A DNA stretch of 64,000 nucleotides from an uncultured Thermoplasmata archaeon (GTDB lineage Archaea > Thermoplasmatota > Thermoplasmata > RBG-16-68-12). The position numbers were made by a program, and so were the translations under genes. Under the pieces are notes generated by a model, which saw nothing but the letters and a program-made list of their open reading frames with translations, made no database searches and had not been told where the DNA came from. The stretch covers positions 87,615-151,614 of the forward strand of contig CAVYJM010000017.1 of the NCBI GenBank assembly GCA_963768855.1. Direction: 5' to 3'. This document shows positions 20,483 through 29,488 of this stretch, one piece after another. The first letter of the stretch is position 1, and each line of letters begins with the position of its first letter.

Positions 20483-21942
20483 GCGGTATCGCGATCCGTC
20501 GTCCCTATCCCGTCCTGTCGAACGAGGACGTCGCACGGATTCGCAGCGCGGCGATCGAGGGCCTCGAGCGAGTCGGCGTGCGCATCGGCACCGCTCAGGG
20601 AAGGAAGCTACTGAAGAAGGCCGGCGCCACAGTCGACGAGCGCACGGAGATCGTGAAGATCCCTGCGACGCTCACGGAGGGCTTGCTCCGCAAGCCGTCG
20701 GTCCACGTGACGATGCATGCCCGCGACCCGGAGCAAACCGCGGACCTCGACTTCCAGCACGTTCACCTGTGCAACAACGGCACGGGCCCGCTGACCCGGG
20801 ATTTTCGGACAGGAGAGCGGCGGCCCTCCACGACGGAGGATCTTGCGGACAGCGCGAAGGTTTCCAACGCCCTGGAGAACCTCCACGTCTTCTGGCCCAT
20901 GTGCAATTCGAACGACGCACCGGCCGAGGTCCGGCTGTACGTGGACCTGAAGGTCTCCTTCATGAACACTCCCAAGCACATCCTCTACGCGAGCGGGGCG
21001 AACTCGGAGGAGGCCAAACGGCTCATCGCGATGGGCGCCGCGGTGGCAGGCGGCGCGGAGGAGCTGCGGAAGCACCCGATCATGTCCTCCGTCCAGACGT
21101 CGATCGCGCCCCTGCAGCACGACGGGCCCATGATGGATGGCGCTTTCACGTTCGGCGCCGCAGGCGTCCCGGTGGCCATCTTCACAATGCCGACACCAGG
21201 GGCCACGGGCCCCGTGACCCTGGCCGGATCCGTGACCGTAGCGGCGATGGAGTTCCTCAGCGGCCTGGTCATGTGCCGCCTCGCGAACGCGCAGGCACCC
21301 CTTATCTGGGGCTGCGGCGTGACGCCGCTCGACATGAAGACCACGACCCGCGCCGGGGGCGCGCCGGAGCACGGGCTGACGGGCGTGGCGATCACGCAGC
21401 TCGCCCACTCCTTCGGCGTGCCGAGCCTGACGGGCGGGTTCGACACGACGGCCTCCGTCCCGGGGACGCAGTCCGCCATCGAGGGTTTTCCACAGGGATT
21501 GTCCGTCGTCCTGGGAGGGGCAGACCTAATCGTGGGGATGGGCCTCCTCGAGGACGCGAAGACGCTATCCCTGGAGAAGCTGTTCATCGACGACGAGCTC
21601 GTTCGGATGATCAAGCGCCTCGCGGACGGCATCGTCGTGAACGACGAGACGATCGCGCTCGACCTCATCGAGAAGGTCGGCGTGGGAGGCATGTTCCTCG
21701 CGGAGAAGCACACGATGAAGCATCTGCGGGAGGAGCAGTTCCTGCCGCGGCTCATCGACCGAAGGTCGGCCGATCTCTGGGAGCGGGACGGCGCCAAGAC
21801 GCTGGAGGACCGCGCCCGGGCCAAGGTGGCCGAGGCGCTCCAGCAGCCCATACCGCATCCGCTTGAGCCCCGCCTCGTCCGCAAGCTCGACGCGATGATC
21901 GACGAGGCCTCGCACGCGGTGATCACGGAGCCCATCCGCTGA
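20479..21942 (+). CDS. Trimethylamine methyltransferase (MttB) superfamily, no pyrrolysine
   Basis: LERVGVRI, RRPSTTEDL, GPVTLAG, GAPEHGL, EKLFIDDE, MFLAEKHT. No in-frame TAG. Overlaps the corrinoid gene. Confidence 0.9.
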   Translation: MSGIAIRRPYPVLSNEDVARIRSAAIEGLERVGVRIGTAQGRKLLKKAGATVDERTEIVKIPATLTEGLLRKPSVHVTMHARDPEQTADLDFQHVHLCNNGTGPLTRDFRTGERRPSTTEDLADSAKVSNALENLHVFWPMCNSNDAPAEVRLYVDLKVSFMNTPKHILYASGANSEEAKRLIAMGAAVAGGAEELRKHPIMSSVQTSIAPLQHDGPMMDGAFTFGAAGVPVAIFTMPTPGATGPVTLAGSVTVAAMEFLSGLVMCRLANAQAPLIWGCGVTPLDMKTTTRAGGAPEHGLTGVAITQLAHSFGVPSLTGGFDTTASVPGTQSAIEGFPQGLSVVLGGADLIVGMGLLEDAKTLSLEKLFIDDELVRMIKRLADGIVVNDETIALDLIEKVGVGGMFLAEKHTMKHLREEQFLPRLIDRRSADLWERDGAKTLEDRARAKVAEALQQPIPHPLEPRLVRKLDAMIDEASHAVITEPIR

Positions 21943-21965
21943 GGGAGTTTCACAACATAGGACAG

Positions 21966-23438
21966 GTGAAGACCATGGTCTATGGCATCAAACGCGGCAT
22001 CCGGTTCCAGATCCTCTCCGAGACCGACCTCGAGCGAATCCACTGGGGCACGCTGCACATCCTCGAGAAGGTCGGAATCCAGGTGGACAGCGACGCCTCC
22101 CGGAAGATCCTCAAGGAGAACGGCGCGGAAGTCGACGACCGGACGCGTATCGTGAGGATTCCCTCCCATCTCGTCGAGGAGGGCCTCGCGAAGAAGCACA
22201 CTGCGATCACGCTCGCGGGTCGCGATCCGAAGTACGACGCGAAGCTCGACCATGCACACAGCTACCTCACCGCGAACGGGAACGGCGCCGTGACGGTCGA
22301 CTTCGAGACAGGGAAGCGGCGGCCTTCGACCAAGGAGGACGTCGCGAAGACGTCGCGGATCATCGACTACCTGCCGAACGTCCACATCCACTGGCCCATG
22401 GTCAGCTCGATGGACCAGCACCCGTCGACCGTCCACCTGCACGACTTGGACGCGTCCTTGAACAACACCCAGAAGCACGTCATGTACGAGACGGGCGTGA
22501 CCCTCCGCGAGGCGAGACAGCTCACGGAGATGGGCTACCTCGCCGCAGGAGGGGAGAAGGAATTCCGGCGCCGGCCGATCACCTCGTGCCTTCAGTGCAC
22601 GTTCGCCCCGCTCCAGCTCGACGCGGGCGTGATGGACGCGAGCCTCTACTTCGCGGAGCACGGGGTCCCGCTCGTGTTCTTCGGGATGCCCCAGCCCGGG
22701 GCCACGGGTCCGGCCACCCTGGTCGGCTCGCTCGTGGTCGGGAACGCGGAGGTCCTCGCGGCCCTCACGATCACCCAGCTCCACGCACCCGGGTCCGCCG
22801 TGATCTACGGGATGGGGAACGCCCCGCTCGACATGAAGACGACCGTGCGGTCCGGAGGCAGCCCGGAGCACGCGCTCTCCTCGGCCATGGCGACGGAGCT
22901 CGCGCACTGGTACGGCCTGCCCTCCTGCGTCGGCGTCTCCGCGACAGCGAAGCAACCGGGCGACCAGGCTGTGCTGGAGTACTACACGGGTTGCGTCGCC
23001 CCGCTCCTCGCGGGGGCCGACCTGATGTGCGGCATCGGGCTTCTCGAGGATTCGGCCACGCTGTACTACGAGCAGATCGTCGTGGACGACGAGATCGTCG
23101 GGGCCATCGCGCGGATGATCCGCGGGGAATGGGCGGACGAGGATACCCTCGCCTTGGACGTCATCGAGAAGGTCGGGCCTGGGAAGAACTTCCTCGCCCA
23201 GCGGCACACGATGAACCATCTGAAGACGGAGCATTTCATGCCCGGGCTCATCGACCGCCGCGCCTACGACTCGTGGGCCGCGGACGGATCCAAGTCCCTC
23301 GCTGACCGCGCGCGCGAGAAGACGAAGTGGATCCTGGCGAACCACACGGTGCCACCCATGGATGCCGCGGTCGAGAAGAGTCTGCAGGCCGTCATCGAGA
23401 AGGCCCGGCCCCGCTCGGAGCACGAGATCGTCGCGTAG
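21966..23438 (+). CDS. MttB superfamily methyltransferase (second copy), no pyrrolysine
   Basis: ILEKVGIQV, PATLVGSLV, GSPEHAL, EQIVVDDE, NFLAQRHT. Uninterrupted ORF. Confidence 0.9.
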   Translation: MKTMVYGIKRGIRFQILSETDLERIHWGTLHILEKVGIQVDSDASRKILKENGAEVDDRTRIVRIPSHLVEEGLAKKHTAITLAGRDPKYDAKLDHAHSYLTANGNGAVTVDFETGKRRPSTKEDVAKTSRIIDYLPNVHIHWPMVSSMDQHPSTVHLHDLDASLNNTQKHVMYETGVTLREARQLTEMGYLAAGGEKEFRRRPITSCLQCTFAPLQLDAGVMDASLYFAEHGVPLVFFGMPQPGATGPATLVGSLVVGNAEVLAALTITQLHAPGSAVIYGMGNAPLDMKTTVRSGGSPEHALSSAMATELAHWYGLPSCVGVSATAKQPGDQAVLEYYTGCVAPLLAGADLMCGIGLLEDSATLYYEQIVVDDEIVGAIARMIRGEWADEDTLALDVIEKVGPGKNFLAQRHTMNHLKTEHFMPGLIDRRAYDSWAADGSKSLADRAREKTKWILANHTVPPMDAAVEKSLQAVIEKARPRSEHEIVA

Positions 23439-23463
23439 GGTTCCCCGGAGGCCAAGGGGTTCG

Positions 23464-23657
23464 GCATCCGTCCCAGGGCGGATGCGCTGAATCGGGCCAG
23501 GATGCCCATTTCGGAGTCCCGAAAGGACATGTCAGTAATGTCGGAAGGGAGATTAGGGCAGACCGAAATAGATGGGTCAACAAGCATCCCTCCAACCAAC
23601 ACCGACCGCTCGGGTTCTAGGCGTCCACCCGCCCTCCCGAGCGGTCCCCTTTTCTCT
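23464..23657. ncRNA. Candidate structured RNA or complex terminator region
   Basis: Several nested inverted repeats plus an 11-bp perfect stem followed by a pyrimidine run (see findings). No family match recognised. Confidence 0.3.
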
Positions 23658-23731
23658 GATGCAGACGCCTCGAGGCGCCGGGCTGCTCCGCGGGCGAAAC
23701 CTAGATAGTCGCCTCCCTCGGTTGTCGGACG

Positions 23732-24217
23732 ATGGCCAGCCTCGAGAATCCTCCTGAGAGCCCTTGCTTCGGTTGCGGTCCGAACCATCCGCGCGGCTTG
23801 CACCTGAAGTTCGAGCGCCGCGCCGCGGTGGATGGCATCGACGAGGTCGTGTGCGAATACACCCCGAAAGCGGACGAGATCGGATGGCCGGGGCTGATGC
23901 ACATCGGGCTCCTCTTCATGGGTATGATGGAGACGAGCTACTGGGCCGCGCTGACCATCGTCGGCCGCGTGCATACGGCCAGCGGTCCGGTGGCCTTCGA
24001 GCCGATGCGCCTCCCGCGGGTCGGGAGGCCGTTCCGGTCGAGCGCACGCCTGGTGAGCCAAGAAGGAGAAGATCTCCGGATCGCCTGCGTGGCCGAGGAC
24101 GCGAACGGGAAGCGGCACGCGACGATGACGAGCGGGTGGCGGCGCGCGACGCGCTCCGGGGTCGAGAGAGCGGGGCTTTCCCTTCCCGACTATCTCCTCG
24201 AGGACATGGACCCGTGA
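23732..24217 (+). CDS. Hotdog-fold (PaaI-like) thioesterase
   Basis: CFGCGPNHPRGLHLKF N-terminal motif, GWPGLMHIG. Confidence 0.75.
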   Translation: MASLENPPESPCFGCGPNHPRGLHLKFERRAAVDGIDEVVCEYTPKADEIGWPGLMHIGLLFMGMMETSYWAALTIVGRVHTASGPVAFEPMRLPRVGRPFRSSARLVSQEGEDLRIACVAEDANGKRHATMTSGWRRATRSGVERAGLSLPDYLLEDMDP

Positions 24218-24227
24218 GGCAGCCAGC

Positions 24228-24647
24228 CTACTTCTGCGGAGGGAGCGGGCCGAAGCCGGACGGCCCGCCGATGTACTCCCAGAACTTGTCCTCCCAGAAG
24301 TCGACCTCCTCCTTCACGCGGCGGAGGGGCTGGGGCTTGAGACCCTCGCGCTCTGCAGCCTCGAGCCGCCCTCGGAGCTGCTCCTCCGTCTCGTCGGAGA
24401 GCTCCGAGAGGATGTGCTCGAGGTCCTTCCGGAAGCCGAGGTCGAGCACGCGATCAGGATGACGCACGACGAGCCGGTAGTGGTGCTGGTGCTCCGACGT
24501 CTGGACGCGGAGGACCTGCCACTCGAGCGGCTCCTTGCGCTCCTGCTGGAGGCGGTACGCCGCGAGGTTCCCCAGGGCGCGGGCGACGAACTCCTCGTCG
24601 TGAAGTTCCGGCTGAAGGTAGATCCCGATCTCGACACCCCGGTGCAT
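24228..24647 (-). CDS. Hypothetical protein
   Basis: GC3-rich codon use, fills the gap between genes, no recognised motif. Confidence 0.6.
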   Translation of the reverse strand: MHRGVEIGIYLQPELHDEEFVARALGNLAAYRLQQERKEPLEWQVLRVQTSEHQHHYRLVVRHPDRVLDLGFRKDLEHILSELSDETEEQLRGRLEAAEREGLKPQPLRRVKEEVDFWEDKFWEYIGGPSGFGPLPPQK

Positions 24648-24736
24648 GCGCGCGCTAGGGACGCGGTCCTATAAACGTCCATGCCGATTCCGCGGCCCGC
24701 GTCCTTTAACTATCGCCGCCGACGTCACGGCGGGGC

Positions 24737-25336
24737 ATGCCGTCGCGCTCCGCGACCTCGCGCCGTTCCTCCGCCCGTCTCCCGGACGTCCACATCCTCT
24801 TCGAGGGCTATGTCGACCCCGGAGTGGCGTCGACCGTCGGCTACGTGCGGGATGGGCGAGCGCGGATCGTCATCGATCCGGGTATGGTGCCGTCTCCGAA
24901 GGCGATCCTGAACCCTCTCCGACGCCTCAGTGCGACGCCCCGGCAAATCACGGACGTGATCTTCTCGCATCACCATCCGGACCACACGCTCCACGCCGCG
25001 CTCTTTCCGAACGCGCGGTTCCATGACCACTGGGCGATCTACAAGGGGGACCGGTGGGAGAGCCGCAAGGCCGAGGGCTTCCTCGTGTCCCCGCACGTCC
25101 GGCTCCTCGAGACGCCCGGACATACGCCGCAGGACATCACGACCCTGGCGGATGCCGCGGAGGGACCGGTCGCGTTCACGCACCTCTGGTGGGGGCCCGA
25201 CGGGCCGGCGGAGGATCCATACGCCCCCGACGCGGCCCTCCTGCACCGGAACCGCGCGCGGGTGCTCGGAATCGCGCGACGCATCGTGCCCGGCCACGGG
25301 CCCGCGTTCGAGCCGGGGCCCGACACCCCGCGGTAA
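24737..25336 (+). CDS. Metallo-beta-lactamase-fold hydrolase
   Basis: IVIDPG, SHHHPDH, TPGHT, IVPGHG motifs. Confidence 0.88.
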   Translation: MPSRSATSRRSSARLPDVHILFEGYVDPGVASTVGYVRDGRARIVIDPGMVPSPKAILNPLRRLSATPRQITDVIFSHHHPDHTLHAALFPNARFHDHWAIYKGDRWESRKAEGFLVSPHVRLLETPGHTPQDITTLADAAEGPVAFTHLWWGPDGPAEDPYAPDAALLHRNRARVLGIARRIVPGHGPAFEPGPDTPR

Positions 25337-25372
25337 CCCAGGGCCAGGGACGACGGGGAAAGCCGGCCCCGG

Positions 25373-25822
25373 CTACGCATCCTTCGGCGAGCGGAGATCG
25401 TGCCCGTGCTCGAGGACGGACTTCAGGTTCATCAGGTGGTACGCCCAACCCGACATCGTGTTGCCGTAGACTCCGACCCAGCCGCCCTCCCGGGGGAAGG
25501 CCGCGTGCCGGAGGTGGAGGAGCGTTCCGCGTCCCTCCTTCGACACCGTGAACGTCGCCGTCGACCAGTTCGTGCGTCCCCCGTGCCGGTTCGGCCAGCT
25601 CAGGGAGAGTCGCCGGTTCGGCACGTACTCGAGGACCTTCCCCTCGTGCCGGTACCCGCCCTGCCACACGAACTCGTAGTCCTCCCCCGCCTTCGCGGGG
25701 ACGCGCGCGGATTTCAGGAACCATCGTCGCAGTTCCGACGGATCGCTCAACGCGCGGAACACATCGCCCACCGGAGCCTTTACGAAGACCTTCTGCTCGA
25801 TGACCAGAGCCCTGCCGGACAC
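25373..25822 (-). CDS. SRPBCC/Aha1-domain protein
   Basis: VFVKAPVGDVFRALSDPSELRRWF, GTLLHLRH, GWAYHLMNLKSVLE. Start uncertain. Confidence 0.8.
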   Translation of the reverse strand: MSGRALVIEQKVFVKAPVGDVFRALSDPSELRRWFLKSARVPAKAGEDYEFVWQGGYRHEGKVLEYVPNRRLSLSWPNRHGGRTNWSTATFTVSKEGRGTLLHLRHAAFPREGGWVGVYGNTMSGWAYHLMNLKSVLEHGHDLRSPKDA

Positions 25823-25961
25823 CCTTAGACCGCCCCCGGAGCGGGGCCGCATCCGGATTCCCGCACTTGAGCCTTCGCCATCCGCGGTGGCGATTCAAGA
25901 CCCGTCCGTCGCTCGGCGGCCCAGGGCTTATCTCTCCGAGCGCGTTGCGTCGCCTGGGATC

Positions 25962-26342
25962 ATGAAGGCCAAGCTCACGTACACGGGAATCCGTGTGAAG
26001 GACCTCGACGCCTCGGTGCGGTTCTACACCCAGGTCCTTGGCATGAAGGAGATCGGGAGGAACCGAGTCGACGCCGCGAACGGGACCGTGGTCGACCTCG
26101 TGAGCGAGGAGGGAGGCCATCCCCTTGAGCTGAACTATTACGAGAAGGGGAGCGCGTTCGACACGAAGTACGAGGCCGGCGAGGGACTGGATCATCTGTG
26201 TTTCCGAGTCGAGAACTTGGACCAGGCGCTCGCGGAGGCGAAGAAGGCGGGGCACCCCCTCGTCCAGGAGATCAAGACGGCGACGGGCCGCTGGGTGTAC
26301 ATCCAGGACCCGAACGGCATCTGGATCGAGCTCTTCGCGTGA
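25962..26342 (+). CDS. VOC/glyoxalase family protein
   Basis: YTGIRVKDLDASVRFYTQVLGM, GLDHLCFRV, YIQDPNGIWIEL. Confidence 0.9.
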   Translation: MKAKLTYTGIRVKDLDASVRFYTQVLGMKEIGRNRVDAANGTVVDLVSEEGGHPLELNYYEKGSAFDTKYEAGEGLDHLCFRVENLDQALAEAKKAGHPLVQEIKTATGRWVYIQDPNGIWIELFA

Positions 26343-26351
26343 GTCCCGCGT

Positions 26352-28184
26352 CTAGAGGTCGAACGGGGAGACGTAGTCTCCCTTGCGCGCCCGTAGCGCC
26401 TCGAGGCGCTTCCGCTGCTCGCCGAGCTGCTCGGGCAGCTCCGCCGGGACCTCGGCTTCGGATCGGTAGATGGCCTCGATCCGGTCCGTCTTCGAGAGCA
26501 ACTCCGGGATGCGGATGCGGAACTGCTCCGCGTACGCTTCCGCTGTGTATTCCTTGTCCAGGTACTCCCGGAAGAGTCGGCGGAGGTCCTCGTACTTCGG
26601 GATGAGGCCCGTGGGCGTCTCGATCGTGTCCACTTCGCCGTGGACCCGCAGCTCCATCCACTGAAGCCAGACGCGCTTGTCGAGCTTGCCGTTCAGGTAC
26701 GCGCCCGCGCGGTCCTTGAGGAAGTAGTTCACGGAGAAGATGACGGGCGGCCGCGCGAGCGCCTTGCCGAAGTCCAGGTGCATCTGCACATAGCGGCCCA
26801 GGGACAGGGAGAGAAAATCGAGGTTGGACATGAGGTTGAACTTCCGCACGCCCGCCTGCCCGAGGGTCGCCGCGGTCGTCTCGCTCTCGATCGTCGCAGC
26901 CTTCGTCGTGACGCCGTGGACCCAGTCGAAGGCCTGCTCGACCGGCACGCAGGTGTCCGAATCGCGCCCGCCGTAGATGATGCCGCCCGCGACGACGCCC
27001 TCCGGGTCCTCGGCCCTCGGGTCGCGGTTCGCGAGCTCCCGGATCCGCAGGGTGTAGCGGGAGTTCGGGTGGGAGACGGGGATCTCTTTGCCGTCCTCGT
27101 CCTTCTTGCCCTTCCGCCAGGCACCGCTGTGGTTCGTGCCCTCCGTCGGCGGCTCGACGCCCATCCCGATCCAGTAGGGATAGCCGTCCCGGACGAGGAC
27201 GTTGGAGAAGATCACCTCGCCGGGGCGCGTCAGGGCGTCCCAGATCACGGGGTCGTCCCTCGCGTTCACGTCCTGGATGATCCCGAAGATCCCACGCTCG
27301 ACGTTCACCGCGCGGACCTCGCCGCCGACGATCCGCAGGTAGGCGAGATCGTCGCCGACGATCGTCTGGCCGGGGATCATCGCGGTGGAGGTCTTGCCGC
27401 ACATGGAGGGGAAGGCCCCGAGAAAGTACGTCGTGCGGTCACCGGGTCCGTGCGCGCCCATGAGGAACATATGCTCGGAGAGCCATCCCTCCCGGGACGC
27501 CTTGCGGATCGCGAGGCGGAGGGCGAGCTTCTTCAGGCCCACCGTGTTCCCCGCGTACTGCGTGTTCACGGCGTAGACGGTCTCGTCCTCAAGGTCGATG
27601 TACACGCGCCGCTTCTTCCAGTCCACGCTCACACCATTTTCGACCCGGCCCGAGGCGTGCAGGAATCGGAAGAAGGCCGGGGCGTTGCCCAGACGGCGGA
27701 ACTCCTCGTATCCGGGGCGGTACAGGAGGTCCTCGCTGTGCGCCACATACGCGGAGTCCGTGACCTGCACGCAGGGGATCGCGAAGGCGGACCCCGCGGG
27801 CCCGAGCACGAGGAACCGCACAAGCATGCAACGACCTGCCATCGCGCCCGCCATCAGGCCTTGGACCTCTGCGAGACCCTCGGCCTTCGGGATCGAGTTG
27901 ATCCTCGCCCCGAGATCGGTCCCAGGCGGGAGCAGGTACCTCGTTGAGAAGGTGTCGCGGCCCTGGTCTTGGTAGCCGTCGAAGTGGATCGTGTGGCCGG
28001 ACATCGCGAGGGGCGTCTCCTCGCCGCTCTTCAGGGCGAGCTCTCGGATTGCGGCCAAGTCCCCCGCCTCGTCCGAGGCGACGAACACGGAGTCGGGTTG
28101 GAGGAGTTCCACGGCCTCGGACAGGAGCGCCCAGAGCGCGTCGTTGTCGATGGCGGCAAGCTTCTGGAAGTTCTCGGTGTCCAT
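26352..28184 (-). CDS. pckG: Phosphoenolpyruvate carboxykinase (GTP)
   Basis: YAGNTVGLKK, AFPSMCGKTSTAM, VGDDLAY, HPNSRY, YGGRDSDT, NYFLK. Start uncertain (ORF extends to 28313). Confidence 0.95.
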   Translation of the reverse strand: MDTENFQKLAAIDNDALWALLSEAVELLQPDSVFVASDEAGDLAAIRELALKSGEETPLAMSGHTIHFDGYQDQGRDTFSTRYLLPPGTDLGARINSIPKAEGLAEVQGLMAGAMAGRCMLVRFLVLGPAGSAFAIPCVQVTDSAYVAHSEDLLYRPGYEEFRRLGNAPAFFRFLHASGRVENGVSVDWKKRRVYIDLEDETVYAVNTQYAGNTVGLKKLALRLAIRKASREGWLSEHMFLMGAHGPGDRTTYFLGAFPSMCGKTSTAMIPGQTIVGDDLAYLRIVGGEVRAVNVERGIFGIIQDVNARDDPVIWDALTRPGEVIFSNVLVRDGYPYWIGMGVEPPTEGTNHSGAWRKGKKDEDGKEIPVSHPNSRYTLRIRELANRDPRAEDPEGVVAGGIIYGGRDSDTCVPVEQAFDWVHGVTTKAATIESETTAATLGQAGVRKFNLMSNLDFLSLSLGRYVQMHLDFGKALARPPVIFSVNYFLKDRAGAYLNGKLDKRVWLQWMELRVHGEVDTIETPTGLIPKYEDLRRLFREYLDKEYTAEAYAEQFRIRIPELLSKTDRIEAIYRSEAEVPAELPEQLGEQRKRLEALRARKGDYVSPFDL

Positions 28185-28520
28185 GCGGACACGGAGCCGC
28201 CGCTCCGCCTCAGCCTTCGCGGCACGTACCGGCGGAGCCAGACTTGTCGCCGCCGGCGACTGCGGAGATCCGGGGGTGGGCGGTCGGACGCGGCCTGTCT
28301 GCACAGCGCACAAGTCGGATTCGGGGGGCGATAAGCTCTCGCTCGTTACTGTACACCTGAGTAGGGGGAAACGTGTCGCGCGGCGAGGCGGGGCGCGTAC
28401 ATCGAGGTTGCCGTTCGCGCGCCGCCGATGAATGGTGAAACATCAAGAGGCCGAGCGTTCTGGTTTGCCCACCGAGGCGTCCGCGGAGGGCGGCTCAGCG
28501 AAGGCAGAGGAGGACCCGGC

Positions 28521-28961
28521 ATGGTACGCGAAGTGGATTATGCACCGAAGCCGATCGATCCGGACTTCCTGGCGAAGCCACAGGAATATCCGGAAACGGG
28601 GAAGCACCACAACCACAAGGTCCTCGCCGAGGGCGCGCAGCGCGAGGACACGAACGGGAATCCGTACCCGACTCGGCTTGGGATTCACGGCACGCACGTC
28701 GGCGTCGACTGGGAGGCGTGCATCGCGGACGGCGTGTGCATGGACGTCTGCCCGACCGACGTGTACGAGTGGGCCTTCAACCCGGGCGTGAAGGGGACGG
28801 GCAACGACAGGATCATGCCGCAGGGCAGCGACGACTGGACGAAGTACCGCACGGACAAGACGGACATGGTCCGCGAGGTCGATTGCATCGACTGCATGGC
28901 GTGCGAGGTCGCCTGCCCGACCCACGCGATCAAGATCAACGTCGGCGTCAGCGTGGAATGA
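28521..28961 (+). CDS. zfx: Zinc-containing dicluster ferredoxin (Thermoplasma type)
   Basis: PKPID...GKHHNH...PTRLGIHGTHVGVDW, CIADGVCMDVCP and CIDCMACEVACP. Confidence 0.88.
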   Translation: MVREVDYAPKPIDPDFLAKPQEYPETGKHHNHKVLAEGAQREDTNGNPYPTRLGIHGTHVGVDWEACIADGVCMDVCPTDVYEWAFNPGVKGTGNDRIMPQGSDDWTKYRTDKTDMVREVDCIDCMACEVACPTHAIKINVGVSVE

Positions 28962-28987
28962 GCCAGTCGGAAGGGAGATGTGATCCG

Positions 28988-29467
28988 ATGCCGGAACAGG
29001 AATCCGCAACATCCCTAGAACAGGAAATCGTGCGCATGAAGTCCGAACTCGTCCGCATGGCCCGCGACCGGAACCTCGCCCTCCGCAGCGGAGACGAGGA
29101 CCGCGGCAGGCAGCATCACCTCGCGGCTCTCGAGGCCGAGGTCCAGCATGTGGGGACCCTGGCCCGCTACGTGAAGACGGTGAGCCCGGCCGCGGGGCGG
29201 GAGCTCGCGACGCGCCAGACCCTCGCCCTGCAACACTTCGAGCAGCTCAAGAGCGCGAAGAACCTGATCGCGGTCAACCGGTGGGTCACCGCGGAGCTGG
29301 CCCCCCTCCTGAACAAGAGCGAGCAGGCCGCCCACCTGATCGCGACGAGCGTGAGGGCGGGACCGAAGCATGTGACGACACCCTTCGTCTGGCCGGTGGG
29401 CGTCGAGATCGCGCTCAGGGATGCTGGGGCTGGGAACCCGCACGGGCGTTTGAAAAGAGCCCCGTAG
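28988..29467 (+). CDS. Hypothetical helical protein
   Basis: In-frame ATG at 28988 after the ferredoxin, normal codon use. Confidence 0.55.
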   Translation: MPEQESATSLEQEIVRMKSELVRMARDRNLALRSGDEDRGRQHHLAALEAEVQHVGTLARYVKTVSPAAGRELATRQTLALQHFEQLKSAKNLIAVNRWVTAELAPLLNKSEQAAHLIATSVRAGPKHVTTPFVWPVGVEIALRDAGAGNPHGRLKRAP

Positions 29468-29488
29468 GCGGCGAGGGACCGACCGAGT

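Noticed and set aside
20479-23438. Possible pyrrolysine recoding in the MttB genes
   Set aside because: All three MttB ORFs are full-length with no in-frame TAG, and no pyl genes are in the window.
23515-23560. Resemblance to SRP RNA (CGGAAGGGAG) or a hammerhead stem II (GAGTCCCGAAAGGAC)
   Set aside because: The SRP helix-8 AGG/AGC internal loop and the hammerhead CUGANGA/GAAA core are missing.
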